Shown: piece after piece, positions 18,564 to 28,044 of the stretch
How the letters are laid out: every line of letters begins with the position of its first letter
Position numbering within the stretch: position 1 is the first letter of the stretch
Assembly (NCBI GenBank): GCA_965208905.1
Contig: OZ242365.1
Location: 544,001 to 608,000, forward strand
DNA: 64,000 nt
Direction of reading: 5' to 3'
Origin: Nitrosopumilaceae archaeon
GTDB taxonomy: Archaea; Thermoproteota; Nitrososphaeria; Nitrososphaerales; Nitrosopumilaceae
Made by a program: the position numbers and the translations under genes
The notes under the pieces: model-generated
The model's database searches: none
The model's input: only the letters and a program-made list of their open reading frames with translations
What the model was told of the DNA's origin: nothing

Positions 18564-21500
18564 ATGGATAACACGCCTACTGCGATAGTTTTTGTAGCCG
18601 TCGCCGGTGTAATGTGGGGCGTATACGACGCTGCCTATGCCACGAACAGTACGGAACTTGACAATATCCGAACAAGCGTGATTGCCGCTGGCTCCATACC
18701 TGACACATACCTGATTAAACCGTCCGGCACATACTGGGATGCCAGAAACATGACTGCAGTGTATGAGCGCCTTGAGGCATGGACGCTTGCCAAGGACGAA
18801 TCCATTCCGTCTGAACGCTTTCAGAACGAGGTGAACCGGGAGCTGTTTAATACGGCCATTCTGCTGGAGGGCCGCATTGACATACACCATGTGACCGCAC
18901 TAGCCATTGCAAGGGAGCTTGCCCTTGGCACATACGACAACAATACGGCACAATATCTGAAAAAGTACCATGATTATATAATCGATACATTTGACATACC
19001 AAATACGGCCAGCGGCATAAACGCAACACTACACCAAAAGCTGGGCGACATGGCTCCGTTGACCGACGAGATCGTATCCATAACGCACAGGGCCGCCTCA
19101 ATTGCAGGTATACCAAACAAACTGTTGGAGTCCGATATTGAATACTGGGTGGACATAGAACTGGCCACGTATTGTAGACTGAACGGCGGGAGTGGTGGTG
19201 CCAACTGCGTGTATGTCCAACCTGTTACTGATGCCGTAATCGATGGTCAGGATGCCGCCTCGGCAGGCAGTTCACTCTCTTCAACATGGTATTGGCGAGC
19301 ACTCGTATGTTTATCATCGTTTCGAGGCTACAGCCAAGGCGCTATCTGCAGTGACACAATTGGTTTTAGTACGGGTACCAAAGAAATTGATGAAACTGTA
19401 TCTGGCCGCGGAATATACTCTAAATTGAGTGTAAGCGGCGAACCACGTGGCACCACGGGTAAGTTGCATATCGAAGTAGGTGCAGGTGAGAAAGAATCTA
19501 AAACTATAGCTGGGCCTGTGGCATGGAATAGTCCCATAAAAGGAACATGGTCGGCATGGTCGAATCTAAATGATCATCCCTGTTATAGAACGCCCAGCGA
19601 TGCATCAGAACTTCCATATTGCTTAGTAAGTACTACTTGGTCCTTCAAGGGTACGGCAACAGTTACACCACCAACACCTCCATCTCTAGTTAATAGCGCT
19701 CCGACCGCCAATGCCGGAAAGGATCAGATTGTACAGGCTGGCGACACAGTCACGTTGAGTGGCACTGGCTCAGATTCGGATGGGGATACGCTGTCATACG
19801 AATGGAAACAAACATCTAACAATACGGTCCAGCTGAACGGTTCTGGCAAATCCCGGACGTTTACAGCCCCGGAGGGTCCATCCACATTGTTGTTTATGCT
19901 GACTGTCAGTGATAACCGTGGCAAGTCGGCCACAGACACAGTCCAAATTAGAGTCAACGGACCCCCGATGGCCAACATAGGTCCAGTCCCCCAACCGGTC
20001 AACCCTGATACGAAGGTGGAACTAGACGGCAGTGTATCTACTGATCCTGACAACGATCTCCTGACGTATTCATGGGAACAACACCCCACATCCACCGTAA
20101 CCCTGTTAGATTCGGATACCGCAACACCGTCATTTATGGTCGAAGATGATCATGGTCTGGATGTCGTACGGTTCATACTTACCGTTACAGACATACATAA
20201 TGCAACAGATACTGCCATGATCGACATTGAAGTAAATGCAGCCCCCCACCTTGATGTGGAACAGCCTGAAATGATCTGGATATATTCCCTGCGGAACCCC
20301 GCCGAAAAACTGAACAATGAAATACTGGAATTTTTTGGATTGCACCAGTTTGTAACCCATACGGACAGCACGCCAATCCACACGTATACCGGCATCCTGG
20401 CTGGCGAGGCCAGATTTGGTTTAAACGGCACTGACACAAACGACGACACTCTTGATATTTTAGTTGCAGAAAAACCAAAGAGAATTTATCTGGTCGACTG
20501 CGATTCCATCGATGTGCAGTATAAGAACAATAACACCATCACCAGTGGGCCCAGTCCGCTTGTCGGTTCGGTGTGTCTGATGGCACTGGACACAGGGAGC
20601 GGCATATTTGAATTGATGGCCAAAGATGAACATGATGCGTCAACCAATACCGAGGTTGGATATAACGTGTTTAACGGTGCCTCCGTCGAGTTCCCTGAAA
20701 TAAAATTTGAAAGTGACGAACAACAAAATACAAAAAAACCAAAATCGACATTTAAAGCCAGCATTAAAAAACCCGGACTTGGTGGAGAAGTGCCGGATAT
20801 CATTTTATATGTCGCATCTGTGGAGGTTCTCAAATGCGTCAACGGCGACGATACACGAAACTACGTGTTTTGCAACATCATAAATCTTATCCGAGGAACC
20901 GACTATGCCAGCGCGTTGCATGGCGACTCTGACAAACCGCAACAGCACAAAAACAACGCTGCGTGGGATGTTGTGGCAGTCATATCGGAAACTACGACTA
21001 GCACCCATCCTGATGTGGTGGTGACCATCAATACGGCAGGTACTGAGGCACACTCACGATTAACAACCGACGCAAATATGGGTGCATCTACTAAAGATAT
21101 AACAGTCGAGGATCATGGTGTGGAGGAAGGTGGCATGTACTCGTATGCACTGGGCGTTACCCTAAACGACGGGAGCCACAAATACATCCCATTGGGGAGT
21201 GTGACCGTTCCGGACATCACTGCACCGACAATTACGTTGTTGGGTAATGTGGACATAACCATGCCGTTCAATTCTGCATATGTGGAACCAGGTTACAACG
21301 CCACCGACAATGTGGATGGCGACATCACATCCAAGGTAATAGTAACCAGCACGCTGAACACTACCAAGGCGGGCACATATCACATACACTATGATGTGGC
21401 AGATGATGCGGGCAATCAGGCCGTACGGCAGAATAGGACGGTCACGGTGGCGCCCAACATGCATCCGCTTGCCGATGCCGGAGTGAACCAGACAGTACGG

Positions 21501-23624
21501 TTTGGCGATGTGGTGAGGCTGAATGGTTCGGCATCTACGGATCCCGATAACGGAACAATATCGCACACATGGAGGCAGACGGCGGGGCCGGCCGTAGTTC
21601 TGTCGGATAACATGTCGCCATCTCCGACATTCACGGCACCGGACAGTGTCGGTACGTTTACGTTTGAGCTGACCGTATCTGATGGCTATGACACCGGTAC
21701 GGATACGGTTACAGTCACGGTGGCGGGGTTTCCGACTGCCGATGCGGGTATAGACCAGACCGTGCATCGCCTGCAAACCGTATCGCTGGACGGCTCGGCC
21801 TCACATGATCCTGACAACGATACCTTGTCATACCTGTGGAGGCAGACGGTGGGTCCGGCCGTAACACTATCCAATGGCACGGCGCCATCGCCGACGTTCA
21901 CATCCCCGGATAGCGCGGCCGCCATTACGTTTGAGCTGACCGTATCAGACGGTACATATTCAGATACCGACACGGTCACCATACATGTGGTGAACCGCCC
22001 GCCCGTTGCCAACGCCGGACCCGACCGGACAGTACAGTCGGGCGAGAACATGACATTGAGCGGGGCAGCATCCACCGATGCGGACGGCGACACATTGTCA
22101 TATTCCTGGAGTGTGGTGACGGGCCCAAGGATATCTTTGACAAATCCTGACAGCGCGCAGGTCAGTTTTGTCGCCCCCACCGGCCCTGTACTCCTGGGCA
22201 TCCTGCTTACCGTACATGACGGCTGGGACTCCTCGCAGGACTTGGTTGTTATAGACGTGCTCAGGCCGCCCAACCGCCCACCCGTATCAGATGCCGGCAT
22301 AGACCGGACTGCCGGATACGGCAAGACCATACATATTGACGGCTCCACATCACACGACCCGGACAGCGATACCATATCATACGTATGGAACCAGACGGCC
22401 GGCATTGCAGTCTCGCTGTCCGACCATACGATACCAAATCCCGCGTTCACCACGCCAAATGCCACCACATCCATAACATTTGAGCTGACCGTGTCGGACG
22501 GACATCTGGCGCACACCGACGCCGTTACCATAACCGTGGCCAACCGCTCCCCAGCCGCTGACGCAGGCGCAGACCGGGCCGCAGGGTTCGGCCATATTAT
22601 AACGCTGGACGGCTCCGCATCGGATCCCGACGGCGATGCCATATCATACGTATGGAACCAGACATCGGGGCCGGCAGTCATTCTATCAGATAATGCGGCG
22701 CTGTCGCCCTCATTTGCGGCGCCCACCAGTATGGCCACCATGACATTTGAGATTACCGCATCGGACGGATGGCTGTCCCATACGGATGCGGTTGCCATAA
22801 CCGTGGTGAACCATCCACCCACATCCGATGCGGGTGTAGCCCAGACCGTACGGCTTGGCGATACGGTAACACTGGACGGCTCCGCATCAGATCCTGACGG
22901 CGATACCATATCATACATGTGGAACCAGACTGCGGGTCCGACCGTAGCCCTCTCGGATGATGCCGCATCATCGCCTACATTCACGGCGCCGAGCAGCGCC
23001 GGCATATTGACATTTGAGCTGACCGTATCGGACGGATACGATACAGACACCGATACGGTCACGATAACCGTGGTGAACCGGCCCCCCGTGGCCAGTGCGG
23101 GCGCAGACCAGACAGTGCGGTTCGGCGATACCGTAACCTTGGACGGCTCCGCATCTACCGACCCGGACGGTGATGCCATAACATATGTCTGGAAAGAGAC
23201 GTCGGGGACAGGCGTAAAGCTGTCCGATACTACCGTACAATCCCCCACGTTTACGGCGCCCGGCAGCGCTGCAACATTAACATTTGAGCTTACGGTATCC
23301 GACGGCGAGTTCAGCAGCACCGGTACAGTTACAATAACGGTAAAGCATCCCAACCGCGCCCCCACTGCCAACGCCGGTCCAGACCATACCGCCGGTGTGG
23401 GCGATACAATAACACTAAGCGGGGCCGCATCCACCGACCCGGACAATGACACATTAACGTATACGTGGGAGGTCCTAATCGGCCCATCACAAATACTATC
23501 TGGCACGACAGGCCCTTCGGTTACAGTTACCGTTCCGAGCGGTGTGGGCCTTCTAGGAATATACCTTACTGTATCTGATGGCCAGTATGCATCGCAAGAC
23601 CTGGTGGTAATCACGGTGGAATAA
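18564..23624 (+). CDS. Large secreted/surface protein with tandem PKD-like Ig-fold repeats and one DUF5011-like domain
   Basis: Hydrophobic N-terminal signal; about ten repeats of PxAxAGxDQTV...VTLDGSASxDPDGDTxSYxWxQTxG...FELTVSDG; DITAPTITLLG...PGYNATDNVDGD Ig-like domain. Confidence 0.85.
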   Translation: MDNTPTAIVFVAVAGVMWGVYDAAYATNSTELDNIRTSVIAAGSIPDTYLIKPSGTYWDARNMTAVYERLEAWTLAKDESIPSERFQNEVNRELFNTAILLEGRIDIHHVTALAIARELALGTYDNNTAQYLKKYHDYIIDTFDIPNTASGINATLHQKLGDMAPLTDEIVSITHRAASIAGIPNKLLESDIEYWVDIELATYCRLNGGSGGANCVYVQPVTDAVIDGQDAASAGSSLSSTWYWRALVCLSSFRGYSQGAICSDTIGFSTGTKEIDETVSGRGIYSKLSVSGEPRGTTGKLHIEVGAGEKESKTIAGPVAWNSPIKGTWSAWSNLNDHPCYRTPSDASELPYCLVSTTWSFKGTATVTPPTPPSLVNSAPTANAGKDQIVQAGDTVTLSGTGSDSDGDTLSYEWKQTSNNTVQLNGSGKSRTFTAPEGPSTLLFMLTVSDNRGKSATDTVQIRVNGPPMANIGPVPQPVNPDTKVELDGSVSTDPDNDLLTYSWEQHPTSTVTLLDSDTATPSFMVEDDHGLDVVRFILTVTDIHNATDTAMIDIEVNAAPHLDVEQPEMIWIYSLRNPAEKLNNEILEFFGLHQFVTHTDSTPIHTYTGILAGEARFGLNGTDTNDDTLDILVAEKPKRIYLVDCDSIDVQYKNNNTITSGPSPLVGSVCLMALDTGSGIFELMAKDEHDASTNTEVGYNVFNGASVEFPEIKFESDEQQNTKKPKSTFKASIKKPGLGGEVPDIILYVASVEVLKCVNGDDTRNYVFCNIINLIRGTDYASALHGDSDKPQQHKNNAAWDVVAVISETTTSTHPDVVVTINTAGTEAHSRLTTDANMGASTKDITVEDHGVEEGGMYSYALGVTLNDGSHKYIPLGSVTVPDITAPTITLLGNVDITMPFNSAYVEPGYNATDNVDGDITSKVIVTSTLNTTKAGTYHIHYDVADDAGNQAVRQNRTVTVAPNMHPLADAGVNQTVRFGDVVRLNGSASTDPDNGTISHTWRQTAGPAVVLSDNMSPSPTFTAPDSVGTFTFELTVSDGYDTGTDTVTVTVAGFPTADAGIDQTVHRLQTVSLDGSASHDPDNDTLSYLWRQTVGPAVTLSNGTAPSPTFTSPDSAAAITFELTVSDGTYSDTDTVTIHVVNRPPVANAGPDRTVQSGENMTLSGAASTDADGDTLSYSWSVVTGPRISLTNPDSAQVSFVAPTGPVLLGILLTVHDGWDSSQDLVVIDVLRPPNRPPVSDAGIDRTAGYGKTIHIDGSTSHDPDSDTISYVWNQTAGIAVSLSDHTIPNPAFTTPNATTSITFELTVSDGHLAHTDAVTITVANRSPAADAGADRAAGFGHIITLDGSASDPDGDAISYVWNQTSGPAVILSDNAALSPSFAAPTSMATMTFEITASDGWLSHTDAVAITVVNHPPTSDAGVAQTVRLGDTVTLDGSASDPDGDTISYMWNQTAGPTVALSDDAASSPTFTAPSSAGILTFELTVSDGYDTDTDTVTITVVNRPPVASAGADQTVRFGDTVTLDGSASTDPDGDAITYVWKETSGTGVKLSDTTVQSPTFTAPGSAATLTFELTVSDGEFSSTGTVTITVKHPNRAPTANAGPDHTAGVGDTITLSGAASTDPDNDTLTYTWEVLIGPSQILSGTTGPSVTVTVPSGVGLLGIYLTVSDGQYASQDLVVITVE

Positions 23625-25277
23625 ATGAGGCGCGATATACATATTCCAGTATTGTTGGCGGTCGTGTTCGCCGCTGCAATGGGCACTGTTGCCGTCTCCA
23701 TGGCTGCCGAGGATTTGGCGGGGGCGGATCTATTCGGCGCCAACCTGACAGGGGCGGACCTGTCTTATGCGGACATGCGGGGAGCGGACCTGTCTTATGC
23801 GGACATGCGGGGAGCGGACCTGTCTTATGCGGACATGCGGGGAGCGGACCTGCAGTATGCCGTACTGTCAACTGAGACTAACTTCAAAAACATGTCTGGC
23901 ACAAACATGGCATTTGCCAACCTGCGCGGCGCCAACCTGACAGGCGCCACACTGCAGGGCGCGGATCTGACAGGCGCCACACTGCAGGGCGCGGATCTGA
24001 CAGATGCGGATCTGCGGGGCGCCAACCTGACGGACACAAAATTGTGGGGTTCGACTCTCACCGGTACAGATCTGAGCCGCACTGACATAGACGACACTGA
24101 TCTGCGGTATCTAAACCTGCAGGGGACAAGTCTGCGGGGAGTGTTTCTACAGCATATAGACTTGCAGGATGTGGATTTCAGGGGAGTGGATCTGTCGGGA
24201 GCACGCCTATGGAGGTGTAGCTTGGAAGGCGTGGATATGGAGGGTGCGGTTCTGGTGGGGGCGGATCTGAATGGTGCAAAGATGGCCGGAGTTAACCTAA
24301 GGGGTGCCAACCTGACAAACGCGTCATTATTGAATACGCATATGACTAATGCAAATTTGGAGGATGCAGATCTGCGGGGCGTTGCTCTGGGAAATGCAGA
24401 TCTGCGGGGTGCAGATCTGCGGGGTGCAGATCTGCGGGGGGTACGATATCTACTTTCTTCGTATTTGCAGGGGGCAGACATGGCGCATGCAGTTCTCTCG
24501 GATTTAGATCTACGGGACATAGACCTGCGGGAGGTGGACCTGACACACGCCAACATGCGCGGGGTGGACCTGCGTGATACAGACCTGCGGGAGGTGGAAC
24601 TGTCGATATTTTTAGAGAGTGCGGATCTGCGGGGCGCAAACATGGAGGGCATGAGCCTTACAAGTGCACGCCTGTGGCATGCGAATCTGGAAGGCGCAAA
24701 CCTGAAGTTTGCAAACCTAACCGATGCATACCTGTCTGCCGCAAACCTGCGGGGTGCGGATCTGCAGGGCGCCCGTCTAACGTCACATCTGGACGGGGCG
24801 GATCTGCGCAACGCAAACCTGCGCAACGCAAACCTCTGGAGGGCACTCATACACAATACAAACCTGTCGGGCGCAGACCTGCGCAATGCAAATCTCTCAG
24901 GCGTTGACTTTTCAGGCAACCATCCGGGCGTTTTATCATTTTCAGACATTATACCGCTACTCGCCAACCTGACAAACATCGACCTGACAAGCTCCGCCCA
25001 AACGGATACGCCCCCACGACTTTCCATCACATCATACCCCGTCCGCTTCAATGGTACAGACGTGACGTTTGCCGACCTGCGTGGCGCGGACCTGAGCGGG
25101 GCGGGACTGGCCAACATCAACTTTACGGGTGCGGACTTCCGCAATGCGGTTTTGTGTGGTGCGGACCTAACCGGCGCCACCCTGAATGGCGCGGACCTAA
25201 CCGGCGCCACCATACACCAAAACCAGTCGCGGGCCCAAGAGCTCATCAAACTGGGAGCCATATACGCATGCAGATGA
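23625..25277 (+). CDS. Secreted pentapeptide-repeat protein
   Basis: Signal-like N-terminus followed by long A(D/N)Lxx arrays; ATG directly follows the upstream TAA. Confidence 0.92.
   Translation: MRRDIHIPVLLAVVFAAAMGTVAVSMAAEDLAGADLFGANLTGADLSYADMRGADLSYADMRGADLSYADMRGADLQYAVLSTETNFKNMSGTNMAFANLRGANLTGATLQGADLTGATLQGADLTDADLRGANLTDTKLWGSTLTGTDLSRTDIDDTDLRYLNLQGTSLRGVFLQHIDLQDVDFRGVDLSGARLWRCSLEGVDMEGAVLVGADLNGAKMAGVNLRGANLTNASLLNTHMTNANLEDADLRGVALGNADLRGADLRGADLRGVRYLLSSYLQGADMAHAVLSDLDLRDIDLREVDLTHANMRGVDLRDTDLREVELSIFLESADLRGANMEGMSLTSARLWHANLEGANLKFANLTDAYLSAANLRGADLQGARLTSHLDGADLRNANLRNANLWRALIHNTNLSGADLRNANLSGVDFSGNHPGVLSFSDIIPLLANLTNIDLTSSAQTDTPPRLSITSYPVRFNGTDVTFADLRGADLSGAGLANINFTGADFRNAVLCGADLTGATLNGADLTGATIHQNQSRAQELIKLGAIYACR
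23761..23850 (+). repeat. Perfect 30-bp tandem repeat x3 inside the pentapeptide gene
   Basis: TGTCTTATGCGGACATGCGGGGAGCGGACC repeated three times. Confidence 0.95.
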
Positions 25278-25514
25278 CATAACATATCACAGCCGCGGTG
25301 TCTAATGAAACTGGATGTGAGTATGTAGGTAGTTAGCGGCTCAACTAATTCTAGGTGCGACCTAGTGCATGTTGCAACAGGCTGTGTACCACGGACATTA
25401 CCATCTTAAGATCGTAAAGTATATTGATCATATTATCGCAGTCCACAATATATGCGAATCAAACAAATCTATTCGGCACTACTGCAGAATACTGCGATAC
25501 CGCCCCCACCAGTT

Positions 25515-25749
25515 GCCGCCATTCCGGCAGCGCGAAGCGCAACAGCCAACCCCTGGTGACATTGTATACTAAAAACCGTTATAAACGAATTACATTGTAG
25601 GCGTAAAACCGTTATAAAGAGACGCTGCATGCGACAAAATCACCATAAAACGGCTGACATTGTATACTAAAAACCGTTATAAAATGACATTGTATACTAA
25701 AAACCGTTATAACCATAAGGTATTGACTCCTTCTACCGTTAATTACAAC
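25515..25749. repeat. Non-coding repeat module, copy 2, with four iteron-like repeats
   Basis: TGACATTGTATACTAAAAACCGTTATAA at 25557, 25655 and 25685 plus a variant at 25591; same GC-rich start and 21-bp end as 16535-16667. Confidence 0.9.
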
Positions 25750-25924
25750 CTTTAATCGCCCCCCCACAACATAATATCATGAAGATATTCAACAAACATG
25801 ACACATCAGATACTATACCTACAGGTGTAGTAACAATATCAAAATCCAAACCATATAGTACAATAAGAATAAACAATGCTGCTCACAGCAACGTACTAAA
25901 CAGATGTGCTGGCACAACTAACCA

Positions 25925-26191
25925 ATGCCTTTCATATCTGTGATGACATACACTATCATGAAGCTAAAGCAATACAACATAGTTGATCTACAACTCAAAC
26001 AAGATGCCTCAGATCAAAAAATTCTACGTACTATAGGCATTTCACTAGCATTTGGGACGTTAGCAGGTTTTGCATCATATTTATCAACAGAAACTGTTGA
26101 ATATTCCATTCCAAACCATACTGTGATGGTTGCATCCATTGCTGCTGTACCAACGGTTTCTGTTATACTATCTTGGTTTGAAGCTAGATGA
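25925..26191 (+). CDS. Small hypothetical two-TM protein or fragment
   Basis: 88-aa ORF with two hydrophobic stretches. Confidence 0.4.
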   Translation: MPFISVMTYTIMKLKQYNIVDLQLKQDASDQKILRTIGISLAFGTLAGFASYLSTETVEYSIPNHTVMVASIAAVPTVSVILSWFEAR

Positions 26192-26326
26192 CATACACTA
26201 CGAATCAACTGTCTAATTCAATTTTAGCCACCATATTGCAGTGATGTGCATCATACTTTCTTGGAGCCAACTCCTCAACAACAGATTCTCGATTCCTTTA
26301 ATTATGATTCGTCGTTATGCATACTC

Positions 26327-26698
26327 ATGGTATACCTAGACTATAATGCCACCACACCCGTGGACAGTAGAGTAATAGATGTAATGATGCCACTATTAGC
26401 AGAAGGCTTTGGTAATCCATCAAGTAGCCATAAGTCTGGTAGACTGGCTGCGCAGGTAGTAGAAGAATCGCGCAGAAACGTAGCAGAGGCCGTGGGTATG
26501 GGTAAATCTGATGTGATATTCACTTCTGGGGCAACTGAGGCCAACAACTTAGCCCTAACCGGTCTACAAAAAGGACTTGGGCGAGTCATCAATACACTGA
26601 CGGGAGCCACAGAACACAAGTCAGTCCTCCAAACATGTGGATGCAAATACTTTGACAACGGATGCTGTCCGTCTCAAAATAATACAGTTGCCGGATAG
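26327..26698 (+). pseudogene. Truncated cysteine desulfurase (IscS/NifS/DndA-like), N-terminal third only
   Basis: YLDYNATTP, FGNPSS, IFTSGATEANN and EHKSV present; the ORF ends before the PLP-lysine and catalytic Cys regions. Confidence 0.85.
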
Positions 26699-26761
26699 CC
26701 AAAAGATTTTGCGTATAGTGAAACTGTAACACTATCAATAATATTATCGAATCATAATAAT

Positions 26762-27316
26762 ATGACAAGATTGCTTAAATCCAAACATGGTGGGGCCAAC
26801 AGGCGGTGTCCTTTGAAACGTAAACCTACTCTAAAATCTCTGCTGGATAGGTTCAACCTAGACAAGGTGAGTATAAACATGCCATTCCTCACAGCAGACA
26901 TTACATTCAAAGCTCCAGACAAAGATGCGGCTTGGGACCTGTATGTAGAGATGCTCACCAGAGTTGTTACCCAGCCACTTCCGCCCAACTCCGGCGATGA
27001 AAAGGCAGCCTTAGAGAGCGTACACACACTCTTTTCTACCACTCGGGAAATTTTGCGACACCATGGCAGAAAAGCCACTACATTCAGCAAGGTTGCCATA
27101 CCAATACTGAACCAAGTGGTGCGCCCGTTCACAACCAAATGGCATGCACGCCTAAAAGACGGCACGTCTTGCAGCCAAGAAGAACTTGATGAGTTTCGCA
27201 CAGAATTGGACGTTCTTGCTAAAGACTTGCGCAATTATGCCAAGTTGTTGGCAGAGATTGCATGTGTAGAGGACTTGACAGATTTAGAACAGGTTGAAAA
27301 CGGGCAACATGACTAA
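26762..27316 (+). CDS. Hypothetical alpha-helical protein upstream of the TIR gene
   Basis: Intact 184-aa ORF (AAWDLYVEMLTRV...LNQVVRPFTTKWH), 38 bp from the TIR gene on the same strand. Confidence 0.75.
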   Translation: MTRLLKSKHGGANRRCPLKRKPTLKSLLDRFNLDKVSINMPFLTADITFKAPDKDAAWDLYVEMLTRVVTQPLPPNSGDEKAALESVHTLFSTTREILRHHGRKATTFSKVAIPILNQVVRPFTTKWHARLKDGTSCSQEELDEFRTELDVLAKDLRNYAKLLAEIACVEDLTDLEQVENGQHD

Positions 27317-27354
27317 CCCACTCCAATAAATACTGGTAAAATACCATAGCAGTA

Positions 27355-27906
27355 ATGACTGATAGGCATAAGGTATTCGTATCATTTCATCACGATGATG
27401 AGGAATACAAGGACCAGTTTGTGGATATGATGGAGGGGTATATTGTGGACAAGTCTATACACGACCAAGATATAGACGATGATAACCTGAAGACTGAAAC
27501 TACGCGTCAAAAAATTCGGGATAATTTTATTGCGGACGCGACGGTGACCGTGGTGCTTGTTGGTAAATGCACATGGCAGCGGAAGCATGTTGACTGGGAA
27601 ATTGGGTCCAGCTTGAGGGATACAAAACACAATTCCCGGTGTGGACTGCTAGGCATTCTACTTCCAACACATCCAAGCTATAATAAGGAAAAATACAATC
27701 CATATTTGGTGCCACCGAGGCTAGCCGACAATCACGATAATAATAATTCTTATGCACGAATGTATGATTGGTCAAATTCAGCAGATATGGTTCAAAAATG
27801 GATTCATGAGGCTTTTACCAGAAGAGACAAGATAAATCCAAACAACAGTCGGCAACAGTTTAAGCATAATCGAAGTGGTAAATGCTCACAAGGCTGGTCT
27901 GAATAA
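27355..27906 (+). CDS. TIR-domain protein (ThsB/MTH538/DUF1863-like)
   Basis: HKVFVSFHH, TVTVVLVG..TWQRKHVDWEI with the conserved catalytic-position Glu, and PPRLADN. Confidence 0.88.
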   Translation: MTDRHKVFVSFHHDDEEYKDQFVDMMEGYIVDKSIHDQDIDDDNLKTETTRQKIRDNFIADATVTVVLVGKCTWQRKHVDWEIGSSLRDTKHNSRCGLLGILLPTHPSYNKEKYNPYLVPPRLADNHDNNNSYARMYDWSNSADMVQKWIHEAFTRRDKINPNNSRQQFKHNRSGKCSQGWSE

Positions 27907-28044
27907 GCAGTATATCGCGCCGAAAACATGTATTATTTTGTGTAACAATATTTTACGGTGGCTTAGTGACTGTTTCACTTTTTGAAGATACATCCATTTG
28001 TAATACTTGGTCAGGTCGTGCTTATTGTTCTAAGTAAAAAACCA

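Noticed and set aside
18564-25277. Diversity-generating retroelement acting on the repeat proteins
   Set aside because: No reverse transcriptase in the window and no template/variable repeat pair with adenine-specific differences noticed.
21686-25285. Long minus-strand ORFs of 685 aa and 486 aa
   Set aside because: Antisense shadows of the repetitive GC-rich PKD and pentapeptide genes; no independent motifs.
25557-25712. Four ~28-bp repeats as a CRISPR array
   Set aside because: Gaps are about 1-36 bp and irregular, there are no cas genes, and the repeats sit within a larger duplicated module.
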